In this document: piece by piece, positions 1 through 14,429 of the stretch
Numbering within the stretch: position 1 is the stretch's first letter
How the letters are laid out: each line of letters begins with the position of its first letter
NCBI RefSeq assembly: GCF_030144855.1
Contig: NC_082706.1
Span: 185,876,001 to 185,940,000, forward strand
Source: Hypanus sabinus
Lineage: Eukaryota
Direction of reading: 5' to 3'
Length of the DNA: 64,000 nucleotides
Program-made: the position numbers and the translations under genes
Notes under the pieces: generated by a model
Database searches by the model: none
What the model was told of the DNA's origin: nothing
Seen by the model: the letters and a program-made list of their open reading frames with translations, nothing else

Positions 1-974
1 AATAGGGAAGCTGTCAGTAAAGCTTTGTTATGAGCTGGCAGCTTGTTTCTCCCTCAAGATTGACATTGTCTTTGATTTCAAACTGTGATATTGAAGTGTA
101 TTTACAAACGCTGGTGACAATAATTAAAACATCAAATATATTGTTAATAAATTCTCCACCTTGATTCGACACCACTGCTTCTGTGTAAAAATTACCAAGT
201 ACAAAATGTATGCCGTAAAATATAGAGATGTCACAGTTGCTGATTTGTTAAACATCAGAATATTAGCGTTTTAGAACATTTGCTTGCTCTGACTGAGAAC
301 AGCTAGAACTATAATTATGTGCACAATGTTCATCATAGATCAGATTAAAGGAATATTCACAGCCACACAGTCCATCTTGAGATTTAGAAAGACAAATTTT
401 AATTGCAGTGGGTGAAGTATTTTCTCAGCTCTCAAAGGTTTTCTTTGTTTCTACCGGTATCATTGCTCCTTATGAAGAGGACATTGTTTCAGAAACGCAT
501 CAATTGAAGGGATTTCCAGGGGGATAAAGAGAATGTGAATTGTAACTTAAATTCTGTACATATTTTATTTTTCCCCTGAACAGTCAGTGCAATAACGTGA
601 TTAGTGTTGTTTGAATATAGCACAGGCTTGTTATAAAATGCAAATGGGAATCTTTTGGGAATAAATTCATGCTAAAACATTCTATATCCAGCATTTATGA
701 AAAATACAGGAGCTAACTTGTTGGTTAAATTTTCATTTTTTTTTTGTAGGCTGATATATTTTTAATGTTTATGTATTTGCTTGGTTAAGAAAACCCCAAA
801 GCAAGCCAGTAAACCGAATAACTAATAAAATGAATAAATATCAGTATTAATCAATGAAACTTTAGAAAAGATTTTTGCTAGTTATGATTTGTTTCATGAT
901 ATTTGAAGGTGCACCTTTCAATCAATATTCCTGATGATCAAGTTTTTTTTATGAAGTATGTTAAAACATTCTGA

Positions 975-1465
975 GCCAGAGCTGCAGAAATGGATACAGC
1001 CAGTCCATTTCAGGAAAAGTCCTCCTGCCATCGAGCACATCGACAAGGAGTGCTGCCACAAGAAAGCAGCGTCCATCATTCAAGATCCCCTCCATCAAGC
1101 AGTGGCCATCCTGACCCTTCTCACTGCAGTCATCGGGAGGGAGGTACGGGATCAGGTTCAGAAACAGTTAATACCCTTCAACTATCAGGCTTCTGAACCA
1201 GTGTGGACGACTTCACTCACCGTAGCACTGAAATGATTCGGCAACCAATCGACTCAATTTAAAGCACTCTACGGCACTCGGTATTTTTTTTTAGTATTTG
1301 TACAACTTGTCTTCTTTTGCACACAGATTGTTTGTCAGCTTCTGTCTGCAGCTTTTCATTGCTTCTGTTGTATTTCTTTGTTCCACTGCAAATGCCTGCA
1401 AGAAAATGAATCTCAGGGTAGTTTATGGTGACCTAGACATACTTTGATAATAAATTTACTTTGAA
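975..1465 (+). mobile_element. Rex1/Babar-type LINE, 3' fragment (decayed)
   Basis: ORF 958-1236 contains 'PPAIEHIDKECCHKKAASIIQDP', which resembles a Rex1 ORF2 C-terminus. It is followed by a T-rich 3'UTR ending 'gaatctcagggtag...aataaatttactttg', a tail shared with copies at 22670-22945, 33790-34590 and 42795-43070. Confidence 0.75.
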
Positions 1466-4400
1466 ATTTGCCAATCCATTCCCCTGTAAAGAATCACCTC
1501 CACGGTCCACCATGCATGTGCCAGGTGAGGGAATAAACTTGCTGGTCCAAAGCACACCTGCGTTCCGGCAGCATAGCTTGTCGGTGACATCCTTCTGTGC
1601 AGTGAGGAGATGCTATCTCCAAAATTGCCCTGATAGCTTGACCACCTATCAAATCTATGAGTGAGTCTTAATAATTTTTAGAAGCCTTCCACCCTTGAAT
1701 TGGTGAGACTGCTGGAAATATTGACAAAATATTAACATTATTTAAAATATTTTAGTCACATAATTGAAACAGTTAAAAGATCTAAACCAGATAGAATATC
1801 TTTTTAAGAAGTAGCATGAAGTTGGGCTCAACAGTCGTACAATCTGCACTGAAGTCAATAAGATCTTGGATCTTACTACAGATCTAATCCTAGACCAGAC
1901 TGGACACCTCCACTGGACTCAGTGTGGAGTTCAGCTGCCAAGCCAATAGATACATTTATCACTCCAAGTCTGACAATACATCTGGAACTTCTGATTTTGT
2001 TAGAGGATCCATACAAATTGGAAACCTATTTCCATTTAAATGGCAAAATGCCAGTGGTTGTATTCAGAGCTGCCAGTGGTCATCAGCAAGATTTAGCTGT
2101 GCATGTTTTGCATATTTCCTCTTCTATCGGTGGAAGCCTCCTTTCTGCCTTTTTAGTAAGCTGCATATATTCAGGTCATTGAGCTAATTCCATGAATTCT
2201 TGATTCAGAGTCCATTCTAGCAAATAGTTCTTGACTCTGCAGATTCTTTATCATGTAAAAACTAACTTCTAAATTGAGAAATTTAATCAGTTTAACATTA
2301 TCTGTAGTCAAAAATGGTCATTTGTGAAGTTGTTGGTAGATTTTGGCGTCAGCCAACATGAACTATATGACATATGGGGAGTCTGTCATATTGACTTGAC
2401 AGGTAAAAAACTATTTTCAGGTAAAGCGCCATATTTTGAGTTGAACAGAGATAGCACAAGTGAAGATCTCAAATTTTCAATAATTTGCTGTTAATCCAGT
2501 CTACATTACCACAGAAAGTTTATTAAATAATTCATTGTGCTTAGGTACTTTTATTTGTGGCCACCATTTTAATCTATTACTGATTTGAGACTGATGTTTG
2601 TAAGGTACAATTCAGAATTGTGGCTCCTGCTCTACAATGCAGACTAAATTCAGTTCCACAGCCAAGGAAGTGGACAAAACTCTGTTCCCTGGCTGCGTAA
2701 TTTAAACAGTTTCAGGACTTAAGTCAGAAGTATCCAGTTTTTTAAGTATTATTAAAAGCTATGATTAAGTTTAAAAACAATCTGGGAGGTCAAATGCAAT
2801 GTCTGTATATTTTAAACTTGACCCGACACCATTCCATAGTGTCAGCAAGTCTGATATAGGCTTCCGGAGAGAGAGGCATCAAACCATTGATAATCAAGTC
2901 TTTGCAGTTACTGTATATTATCACCTCAGTGTAGTAGGAATGCTTCGATGCAAGTGTAAAAGTTCCATTATAGCAATGCCTTCTCATTTTATTAAATATT
3001 ATTTAGAAAAGAGATCACCTCATGAAAAGTCTATGATAATACTAGATTTTGCAAATAAAAGTAAGTCAAATACGATGATCAAGCAGATGTTATTTTTGTG
3101 GTCACACGAGGAAAAATAATTCAACACCAAAAGCTAAGTGTGCTGTTTCATCAATGATTTATCATTGTAATGTTACAGGTTGTTTAAGTGTCTAGCATGT
3201 TGAATCTTTTTGTTTAATTTTCTCACAGTCAGTCGGTAATTATTATAGTCCTGCAGTTTCTGTGGAATGCTGAGGAGGGTCAAATGCCAATGGAATCCAG
3301 CTTTATAGGGTAATTAAGACAGTCGACATAGTTATTAAATACATTGTGCTAAACTGGGATGGAATGTTGTGCTGTGCAACAGGAGAGGAAAAAAAAACCC
3401 TAAAATCCAGTATCATAAATAAAAGCTGACTGAATGAAATACATCTGTAACTGCACGTTGAGGTGGGGGGGCTCAGACAGAGACTGCACTGGCTATTCAG
3501 TTTAATTAGAAGCCTTAAATCCTTGGACACATGAGGCTTGATGGCAGGAGGCAAAAAATGCGGAGAGAAAAGCAGAACATCCTGGAAAGCATGGCTCAAA
3601 ATGTTAACATTCATGGAAGCAGTGAATCAGATAATTATTCCAATCTCGAGCGAGTAGGGGAAGGGGAAGGAGGAGGGGGGAGAGGGGGATGGGGCTGTTC
3701 TTGGATAAAGGAAAATGAATGAAAATGTATTTCCTATAGTAATAGCAGAAGTGGAAGCAAAAGTGAATATTTGACAGGCAGCAAGCCAAATCACTTCAAG
3801 ATCACTGGTCGTTTTCCCTCACATTATTATTCTGATTTCCACATGGAACAGATTTGAGCTAACGATGTGTAGTTTGGCATCGAATTTGTTTTTCTTTGGC
3901 GTGTAGCACTTGGTCCAGTTTTGAACATTTCTCTTTTCCGCCTGCCCATGGGTGCACTGTTGCTGAGTTACTCCTAAAGTGGTGCTCTGAGAAAGGCAGC
4001 TGGGGACCGCTTACTAGAAAATGTTTATATATTATATATATTTTGTAGTAAGGATCAGCTGTTCCCATTTAGACAGTCTCAGCTGATGGCACTGAGTGAA
4101 TGCAGCTGATAATGGGTGTGTGGGGGAACCCAATCCCTTCTTAGGCCTTTCTGCCCTTGGGTCAGAAATCAGCCTTGGCTATGAATAGGGAGGTGTGATG
4201 AAACACTACCCAGCTGAACCTTCACAGATGATTTATCAGTGACCTGCTGCTACCTCAGGCAGCTGGGGAGGGTAGAAATGCAAATCTTTGGACATTGGTT
4301 CCACATGATCTGTGGCGAGTCATCATATTGGTGACCACTGCATCTGACTGGAAGCAGATAGACCTCTGCTATCTTCAAACAAGGAATGGACCTGTTCAAA

Positions 4401-7400
4401 GGGAAGTTGTTTATTTCTGCTGCTGCTGCTGCAATCATAAACACTAGTATTGCTGCTGTCTGCGCTAGTTCTGCCGCATTAAATTCCAGTACCTCACTGG
4501 CCTTTCCCGACTAACCACTGGATCTTATTCCCTTGTGAATATATCTTATGGAAAAGATAATCTATCCATGGTGCAGGTGTACAGTTGTCCACAAATCCAA
4601 TTACAGTACTCAAAAATAAGTGCACACAATATTTAAAAAAAGACCCAGTCATATTCAGTATGACTCACACCAGACAATAGAGTTTCATTTCTTCTGCAGC
4701 TCAGCACACTGCAAGGAATTTTGTTTGGAAGTGATAGCTACTGTCAATGTGATATTTAAGGCTTTTTTGCAGACCAGTTGGCAGACAATGACAGAGTTCC
4801 ATCCGCCAGCATATGCTGAAAAAGGATGTGGTCCTATGCCTGCTCCTCCTTGCCTGACTCTTTGCAAATAGTCCAACATAAGAGACAGTTGTTTCTGGCT
4901 GCCCCGCTGCCTGTCATGGCTGTCAAGTAAAATCCTATGAATTATTGCTTCTCCAGATGTAAGAGATTTCCAGGCTGCTCGAAACAGGCTGTGGTCTGCG
5001 GTGCAGAAGCGAGAATGAGATTATACTCCCTAGCATCAGTAGAAATCTAAAAAAGATTGCAAAGAGGACATAATTAGACCTTCTTCATTCCAAAGCAGAG
5101 CTCGGGATGTGGTGGTTGTAACAACAGAGGCAGTTATTTAGGTTTAGGACTTGGTAACGAAAGAGAAAATGGTGTTTTGAGGAGGTTTTTTACATCACTG
5201 TAAAACTGATGGAAACAATGATTAAGGTCAAATAAATTTTGATGAGGCTTGCAGTAAAATAAGGTAAGGAATGCCAAATAGGCCAAGTTATTCTGTTTTT
5301 CTAGTTGTTGACAAAATTGTTAGCTGAATAGCTGGCACAATTTTAGCTGTGATGTGTGAAACTTGTATTTGACTGTTATTAATGCAGGAGAGTTAAACTT
5401 GAAACTATTCAGGCTGGATTGCTTAGCCCATTATTTTTCCTGCAGCCAGATGTAAAATTAACTGCAATTATTTGTAGGCTTTATATATTGCTGTACACAT
5501 GTCTTAACCTTTTGCCCTCACATGAGACTTTTTTCAACAAGAAGCCATTCACTTCAATTGATTTTTTTTCCGGGTGAAAACAAAGAGATAACTGACATTA
5601 ATCGGTTGAACTAATGAATTGCATTAATTGATTAACCTGAAGTTCAACAACTTTTAAGAAACGTTATAGATCATCCACAAAACTCAAATTATTCATAAAA
5701 AAAATGTTGTGCTTTTAGGATTAATCTGTTTATGGAAGGAATACTCATTTCATTATGCTAGGGGTGGATTCTGCTTAATTATCCCACTGCGCAAATACTA
5801 TTTCAAAATTTTAATTAAAAGAGTCAAAACCAGAATTCCATATCATACTAACTATCCTTTTGCCTTGTTAAAAAGCACAGCACCTGGAGATTATTACTTC
5901 AGATGATGGGCGTGACACATGAATACACAATTATGGCTGAATTGAGCAATTTTAGTAACTGTGTGCACTTTATGACGTGACTTCATTATTTATGTAAAAT
6001 TAGATATGTTTAGGCCTGTAATATCTTGGCAAGGGAAAATTAACAGAATAAGATTAATTTTAAGTTTGCAAAGTATATGTTTTATTAAAAACACATGGCA
6101 ATGATTGACATAAAAGTATATATGTCCAATGTTAGCCAGAAACATTTTGCAGACATAATTGTTTTAATTCAGCTCTCCAACTTTTTGAAACCTGACGTAA
6201 CTTATTTAACTGAATGAGAGGCAGAGTGGTGCCTACCAGATGTAAGGACTGTCAGTCTTGCTTCCCTCTTCATTTGAAGTCATGCAGTTCAGATAGACTC
6301 ACTCGTGTAAGGAACCCCAGTCAAAAGTGATGAAAATCACAGGTACAAATGGCTGCAGTGTCTCATGTGAATGCATTTATTGCTTTTCATGCAACGTTAC
6401 AAAAAACCGGATGGAGTCCTATTCTTCTTGGTGCTGATTGTTTTCAGTGAAAATACGTTAATTATTTGACACTGGTTTTTGCCTTGAAGTCATTTTATAC
6501 CGCAGGACATAAATGATAGATTGCAGCTGAAAAAATCATCAGCATACTTGAGGTAGGCTCACTGGGTCTTTTTTTTTAAATGTTCTACGTGAAGTTATCT
6601 TGAACTGAAACCTCTGCTCCACCAGGATTAAGGGATTGAAGAGCAAAGACTTAAGATGGTGTAATTTAAAACCTCCTGATTCTTTAGCACAAAGGAAGAG
6701 AAATGTACTTAGTCATTCTGATAATTTGCTGCTTCAGTTTAGTAATTCATTTCTTCGTTGTAAAGTTTTATTTTTAGAATTCAAAAAACAGTTCACTAAC
6801 ATTAAACTATATTGCAGCTCATCTTTTCTTTTGAGATTAGTGAATCTAAACAAAGAAAACTGATATCTCGTAACACCTTTGAAAATCTGTACCTTTCGAT
6901 AGCAAAGTAAATAAGATGCAGTCTTAACTGTTCGTGCTACTTTTACCTCAGTAAAATTGTAATACATTGTAAAGATTACATGTGGCCTAATAATTCCATG
7001 TCATCAATGAAAAATAATTAGATGAATATTGGATGTATCATTTATTTAGTGAAGATTCTTTACCAGCTGTCCCTTTTTTGTAAAACATGTCATATTGCTT
7101 CATTCTTAACATCATGTATTTGCATCTATTATAACTCACGGAAATCTAGTCAAACTGAATACTTTGTGCAGGCAGTTCAAACAAGGTGAATGTTAAAGGA
7201 ACACTTTCCACTTATGCAAACCAAATGTTCAATAAGCATTATTATAAGGAGCAAATATAGGCTTATAGGCATAGGTGGACAGATATAAAGATAATCTGCT
7301 GTGATGCCCTATATAATGACTTCATGTTGATAATTTGTATATGCATTGTAATAAATCCTACTTAAAAGCTTTGGCTTTAGCTTAAAAATTGTATCAGAAG

Positions 7401-8554
7401 GATTATATTTGAGTAATACCTCAAGTGGAAGGATATTGCATACGTTTCTTTCTGAACAAGATTTACCTTGCAAATTGTTCATCTATAATTTTACTTCTTG
7501 ATTTTTTTAATATTGCATCCTGATGCAGCAAGCAATAGATTAGATTTCAAATGCAGTGTTATTAAAGTAACTGAATGTATTTTTGAGTGCAATTATGACA
7601 TCACTTGATCAATGCTGCATTTTCATTTTTACTGAGCATGGAAACACCCAAAATGTTGCCATCTGTAAGTTTTTATGGTGCTGTACTTTAAAGATAATCA
7701 GTGGAACTGTTTGGAATAACATTCAAAATGAAGCAAGCAACAAAATGAAATGTGGGTTTATTTATTACCATTTCATTATGTTATCACTGTTTCTTATACC
7801 TAACTAACTACAAAGTAATTCTTGGTGTTAATTGGTACATAAAACTTGCCATTAGTTAATAGATATCATTTGAACATACATATTTCTGACAGAGTAATGC
7901 TTAATAGAAACAAAATTTCAGTGTAACTTCGTTGTTAGGTGATTTCGCCAAGGTGCTATATCTAAAATAATGTATGCCTTGCTGGGTAATAATTGCAAAC
8001 TGGTTGTTCTCTTTCAGAATTTCTTTACGCATTCAAAGATTTCTTTCCACAGTTTCCTTCTGGTTACTCCTCAGTGTAAAGTTGCCACAATTGTAATTGA
8101 AAGCCAAAAGTAAACACAATATAAATTCAACAAAGTTTGGATGTTTTTTTTGTGCACTGCAATGTTTCAGTTATACTTTAAATTAAATACCTCTAATTTA
8201 CTGCTAATACTTACTTTCTCTAATACTTTTAAAGTATAACGTGAAACAAAACAGCAAAATATTTCTGTAAAGGAAGGAAATTAATGATTTTCAATAGGTT
8301 TGCTTAATGCAGAATTGACTATTGGAAGTGAAGTTTTAAATTCTGAGGCTATTTCTATCTTAAGAAACATATTGTACAAGTAAAAAATTCTCGTTTTTAC
8401 AGCTATGCCATTAAGGAATGTTCCACTTGTATGGTATGAGTTAAGATTCTTGGGATTATAAGCTTAAAGAAAGTGCGGAGGGCTGCCTAAGGTTGACATT
8501 GTCATTTTGTAATGGTAGGGAATAGTGTTTTTTTTCCAATACGTGGTAATCTAA

Positions 8555-8760
8555 ATGGCTGGAGACTTAGCATTACATGTCAGATTGCTTCCTTTCACCT
8601 CCGGGACCTGAGTTTGAATGTGACTCAGGAATGCAATGAAAGTCTCCTCTAACTAATGCTGTCAAGGCTTCTATGTAAAATCATTTCGGCCATTCTCAAT
8701 CCAGTCTGAATGAGAATGTGTGCATAGATGAAATTGCATTCTGATTCATCAATAACTATT
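8555..8760 (+). mobile_element. Ancient tRNA-derived SINE relic resembling LF-SINE
   Basis: The ordered motifs 'cctttcacctc..gg..ctgagtttgaat....cagg', 'gaaagtc', 'gctgt...ctatgtaaaat' and 'tctcaatccagt' are collinear with the LF-SINE 5' half as I recall it. Not verified by alignment. Confidence 0.5.
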
Positions 8761-9759
8761 GCATTCTGAACCTCATCTAAAGTGGCACCGAAAATAGAAG
8801 GCGTGTATTATCTATAAATGACTGCAATGTGTTTGTTTGGGGATTTCAAAGCTAAAATTAAGATATATAATTCTGAGTCATATAACTCATGCCATATCTC
8901 TGATGGTATAAAGCAGCGATAGAAAATAGCAGAGTGTTACATTTCCTGGTATTACAAATAATTGCAAATAAATATAGACATTTCACAAGAAAGAAAGAAT
9001 TATATATTATAATGAAATATAATATTCAAGTTTTTCAGTCGTTAATGGGAAGTTTTGAAATATTTTATCTGACCAAAAGTGATTTTTCTTGTAATCGCCT
9101 TGACTGAAGAATCAATGCCAAGAAAAAATGAAAAAAAGAGAAAAATATGTTATTTTATGTGAAGAACAGTTAAGTGGAAATATTATGCAAAACAATCATC
9201 CCATCCACAGTAACCATTAATGTACTTCTGGTGCTTATGTGTCATAATGGTTGTCTGTTTTACTTATTTATAAAAAGTTACTCCTCTGTCTTCATGAACC
9301 TGAGAGAAATGACATGAATTCAAAGGAAATTGCTCCTTCAGTGCCAAATTATGTAAGAATAGAATATACAAGAAAATAGTATTATTGCAAATATGGTTGG
9401 AAATCCTTTAGAACTTCACATATAAAAATCAGTATTTTTTCAGAAATGAAAATTAGATGCACTGTTTTGTTTTAAAATAACAAACGTATTAACATTAACA
9501 GTGACAGTGAAATAAATATGATGCATTCCACTGTACTATTTTAATAATTAAACTTGCTGCATTTTTGGGGAGACAAGAATTTCTGCTTTTGCTTATCTTA
9601 ACTGACAGCAAAGGAATTGTGTCTTTTTTTTACTTGTGCAGTTCCAATTGAAATATCCAAAGCCATTTTCCAGCCGCAGATTAATTTCTCACCATCACAT
9701 GCCAACCCATCGAGTGGGCTGACTCAGAAGTGAGTAAGTGTGTATGGTTGTAGTGAATG

Positions 9760-9850
9760 GGCTTGAGTGACAGCAGCTTGAAACTCATGCATGGAACCTT
9801 CTGGCTGAAAGCCAGCTCCTCAACTGCCTGAACAACTGGGCAGCCCCAGT
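9760..9850 (-). mobile_element. Degenerate tRNA-derived SINE head
   Basis: Minus strand reads ggggctgcccagttgttcaggcagttgaggagctggctttcagccagaaggttccatgcatgagttt, with eroded A-box/B-box-like tRNA spacing. Confidence 0.3.
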
Positions 9851-10244
9851 AGGGTTGAATCTTTGACAATTTACCCATCACTCGGAACTGCCTCAGGCAA
9901 TGGGCAAAGTTCTGATGAATTTCAAGAAACTTTAATCATTGAATATTATGGTAATATTGCAACAATCATTCGGTTGTTTCTTTTCTTTTAGCTGCAGTAG
10001 GAAATTTAGACCGTTTTGTAAATATGATTGTAAGAGTATCATGTGCAAGAGTAGTATATCTAAGAGGAGTACCCACAAAGGATAGAGCTTTAATACATTG
10101 AACGTTATTGCTTCTTTACTCAAACAGAATACACATTGCATACAAATTGCACAATAGCTTCAAATGTGCTCAACAATAATACTCCTCTTTAAAAATAGTA
10201 TTGTGTAACAGTCCTAAAACCATGGTTTGTGTCAGTGAGGGACA

Positions 10245-10560
10245 TGCCCTCTTCTAACTGCTACCATCAGGAAGGAGGTACAGAAGCCTGAAGGCACACA
10301 ATCAATGATTCGGGAACAGCTTCTTCCCCTCAGCCATCTGATTTCTAAATGGACATTGAACCTATGAACACTAGCTCACTACTTCTTTTATTTCTATTTT
10401 TGCACTACTTATTTATCTTAACTATTTAATATATATATATATACTTACTGTAATTTATAGGTTTTTTCTATTGTTATGTACTTTATTTGTACTGCTGTCA
10501 CAAAGATAACAAATTTCATGACATATACCGGCAATATTAAATCTGATTCTGATTCTGATC
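10245..10560 (+). mobile_element. Rex1-like LINE 3' end with (TCTGAT)n tail
   Basis: 'ctgctaccatcaggaaggaggtacagaagcctg...aacagcttcttccc' encodes the LLPSGRRYRSL...NSFFP motif. It is followed by an AT-rich UTR and the tail 'attaaatctgattctgattctgat'. Confidence 0.75.
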
Positions 10561-13500
10561 CTGGGTACCAAAGTAAAGCACCTTCTCAATCCTTTGATAA
10601 TCATAACCCAAATCCAATCTTCAAAATGTACCTTCCGCCTTTTCTAATCTCTTTCACTTACAAGAAAACACTGTGACATTCAGCATATATATATCAAACT
10701 TACTTCAGTTTTTTTTTTAACCTCTGAATCACTATATGTAGATGTTAGGAATCTGGCAATATATGCTGATGAAGCAGAGGCAACCAGATCACGATACCTA
10801 ATTAGGGAGTTATCTCAATGTTCAATCAATATCACAGTTATAAAAGGAAATTTGGAGACATGCACCAGTAAATACATTTAACATTATCTTTGCATAGTCA
10901 TTCATGGCGTAGTTATGCACATCGTCTAAGATATCAAACACTTCATAAAGTGCAACCTCAAAATGACCACTCCAGGCAATTTACAAACGGGAATTTCATC
11001 TGGATATGTGTCAACATAAATCAGCAGCTTACAGGCGTAGTTTTTTTTTCCTATGCATGCCATAACCTTTGCAAGCCCCATTTCTGACTAGCTGCCATAA
11101 ATCTACCCTATCATGCTGTCTCGTCACATTCCACCCCAAATCAGAAAAACTCTGGATCTTTAATTCTTCACTTACTCTGAAGCATACATAAAACACTATA
11201 TGGAGCTATTTCATGATTACGCCTAATGTCATTCAGTATTTCTGCTATGGACAATACGTAAACTGGTATTCAGCACATGAACATAATCAGAAGCTCATTT
11301 TTTAAAAAATACTGTGCTTTCATATTTGTTTCTTCCATGGTATTTTGATATTATACCAATGATTTTTTACGCCATTGCAGGTTTGAAAATCTATTGAACG
11401 TCTGTGAATATGGAAGTGCCTACAGACAAATGAAGCCCATCTTTGAGCGCAGGATTCTTACTTAGTCCCACCTCATAATGCATCAGCTCATTACCCCTGC
11501 CTACATAACACTTCCATTTCAATTGTTAAATAGCCAAAACAGCAAGAACACTATGAGCTCCTAAAATTTGAAATATTTTATGTAATCTTAAGAACTGCAG
11601 TAACTACACAAATTCAATAAATTATCTTTACTCAGTTTGCTTCATTGCATAAATATCCATGATTATTTAAAATGCATTATGTTCAAATTATTTGAAATAT
11701 GCTTGTTAATTCTCCAGGGCAAAAACATGATTGATGCTTTTAACATATTACAAGGTGTAAACATAAAAGTCAGTTGCAATTATAAGTGAGAATTTTGTAT
11801 CCAGATCTATTTTCTGCATTAAATATATAATAACCGACTTTCAGATGTTCAGATGTCTGGAAGTACTTGTACATTTTTTAACAAGAGAACTCAATTTCAC
11901 TCTTTCTTGACATCATACTATCCTTCGAAATAGATGGTTTTAATTCAACGTCAACCAGATACAAAATGGAACCAATTTTCTGGTGTATAAGTGTGACAAA
12001 AGGTGGAAGTGGCATAATATTAGCAAATTATTTGCTGTACAGATCTGAAAAAAAATCTAAATGAAATTGCAAAGTGCTTTTGAAAGGCATTTTCTCCCCT
12101 CAAATTTAAGTAAAGTACTTGATAATGAATGAGCCTTTTATGAGAAGCTGATGCTGTAAGGTTAACATATGCTGCAAAATAAGAAGTTGCATTGTAAATA
12201 TTAATATCCCCACATCAGTACAGGCACTTATAGAAAATGCCTTTTTACATTTAAAAATCTTCATCCAAATAAAATCAGACAAGTTCTAGTTTTTAAACAA
12301 GTGTACACTTGGTTTGCTTTTTACATTAATCATAAACAAAACCGACTTTGTGTACATGACAGCAAAGACTAAAAATGGTTGTATAATTGCATTTAAAATA
12401 TGGATGCACAGCAAGTTCTGAAATACAAAATCTTCACATTGCCATCTTGCTGCTTTTATGGACTACATCCAAATTTAAGTTTGCCCATTTCAAATTAACA
12501 TTAAATGCTGTCTTAATATTCCAGATTAACCACCCACCCACCTTCCGCTTGGCGAAAATGCTATTTAGTTCATTTTACTTCTAATGCTAAAAAGGCAACA
12601 AAACTAGTATTATCTCAAGCAGTCTATCTTTTATACAGGTGATGACAGGTGATGTCTCGTTCCACCCACCATAGCACTGGTGATGTTTGCAGGACTCTCC
12701 TCAAATGATAGTAACACTGAATACTGTTGAACTCAAGTTAATAAATACTTAATATTAACCAGCAGGTTTCAGCTTTGCACATAGAATTTCATGCAAGCAT
12801 AACATGGATTATCCTTCCAAATTAAAACAGCTGTCAACATTACCATTTGGTTGAAATATCTTAATCATATTAAAAATTTTGCTTTAAGAAAATTGGTATC
12901 AATCAGCAAAGTTTTGAGTGCTGAGTTAAAACTTCCATCAGCCACAGTGGTGTACACATTTTATTTTCGGTTTGATGTGCAGAAATGCATGCTCAGTATG
13001 TGCTCTCAAGCCAATTCTGCAAGAATGAAATGGATTCTGATTTTTTTAATACTTGAATACTTATCATATATATATTCTCGAAAGAAAGAAACATGATTTT
13101 GAAGGAGCTGTTTTTCATAGAACTCTTGTATTACTTGCTCTAGACACAGTATAACATTGCCTCAGGGAACATCTAGTACCTTTGCATTAATTTGGTCCTT
13201 GTTTGAACACCAGGCTACATATAAACTTCTCTTTTGTCTATTATCGCAATGTTGTTTTATTCCCAAATATTGACACCGTCTACTTTTATCAGTACTAACT
13301 GCTCTGAAACCTTCAAGTCTCATGCTCATCTCTATTTCCTTGTATTGATTACCTTCTTCACACCGTCAGGTAGCCAGACAGCAAGACTGTCCTGAGGAAT
13401 AGCTTCAAATGACTTTATATGGGCAATTTACAAGAAAGTGTTTAAAGAAGATATTAGTCTCAGTACAAATCAGTGAATCTAATTTTGTCAATACTGTTAG

Positions 13501-13934
13501 GTTTCATGTTTGCACATGGTCAAAAGTTATACTTTAAAAGTGAAAAACCCTAGACAGTACATTAAGTCAATACAGTATACAGTTTTGGTAAAATTACAAA
13601 CTTTTTGCTGAGATTATTAAACATGGCTCAATATTTTCCTTTGTAGTTCATGTTCATCCACAATATTTTATGTTTTATCATCTGCTTTTCTTAATTTTCA
13701 GCAAGTTTATTATTAAGAAAACTACCATAATATTTTATAATGTATACTTGCTGTCAAGTGCATGGAACAAATATAAATTGGTGTAGCTTTGATAATTTGT
13801 TGAATATTTACATATAAAATACTGAAGATAAGATTTAACTAATGCACCATTTTGGTGCATCATTAAATTTCAGTACAAAAAGTTCAATTTTACTGATTGA
13901 AAAGAACAATTATTGTACAAGAACAAAAAACAAC

Positions 13935-14045
13935 AGAAAGTGATGAAAATTCATCAGTCTGAAACACTAACTCCTTTTCTCTTGCCACAGATGCTGACTG
14001 ACTTGTTGGATGTTTCCAGTATTTTCTGTTTTTATTTCAAATTCC
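13935..14045 (+). repeat. Penelope pLTR-derived short interspersed repeat (degenerate hammerhead)
   Basis: 'gtgatgaaaattcatcagtctgaaacactaac...ccacagatgctgactgacttgttgga...ccagtattttctgtttttatttca' follows the same motif order as the pLTR copies at 19530-19665 and 39411-39505. Confidence 0.55.
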
Positions 14046-14429
14046 TTGAACAGTTTAAGTACAAATACTCTAAACATTTGAAAATTATACAATGTTATAA
14101 TAAATAACAAATAATATCTGCATGCAATGTACATCTGTAACTAAAATATTATTTTATTTTGCAAACTCAATATGTTCTGCAGAGGCTGGAAATCCAGAGT
14201 AACACATAGAAAATGCCGGTTGGGTCAAAATATCGACTGTTTATTTCTCTCGATACAGGCCACCAAGGTGTTTGTTTCAGAAGTTGTAAGGAGCTCAGAA
14301 GTTTTTAGTTCAGAAGTTATATTTAGACTATAGTTACTGCCAACAGTCAAAGAATAGCCACTACAATGTTGGCAAAGAGTTAATAGTATCAGGCAGCTTG
14401 CCCTGTTCTGAGTTTCTCTAAATAAATTA

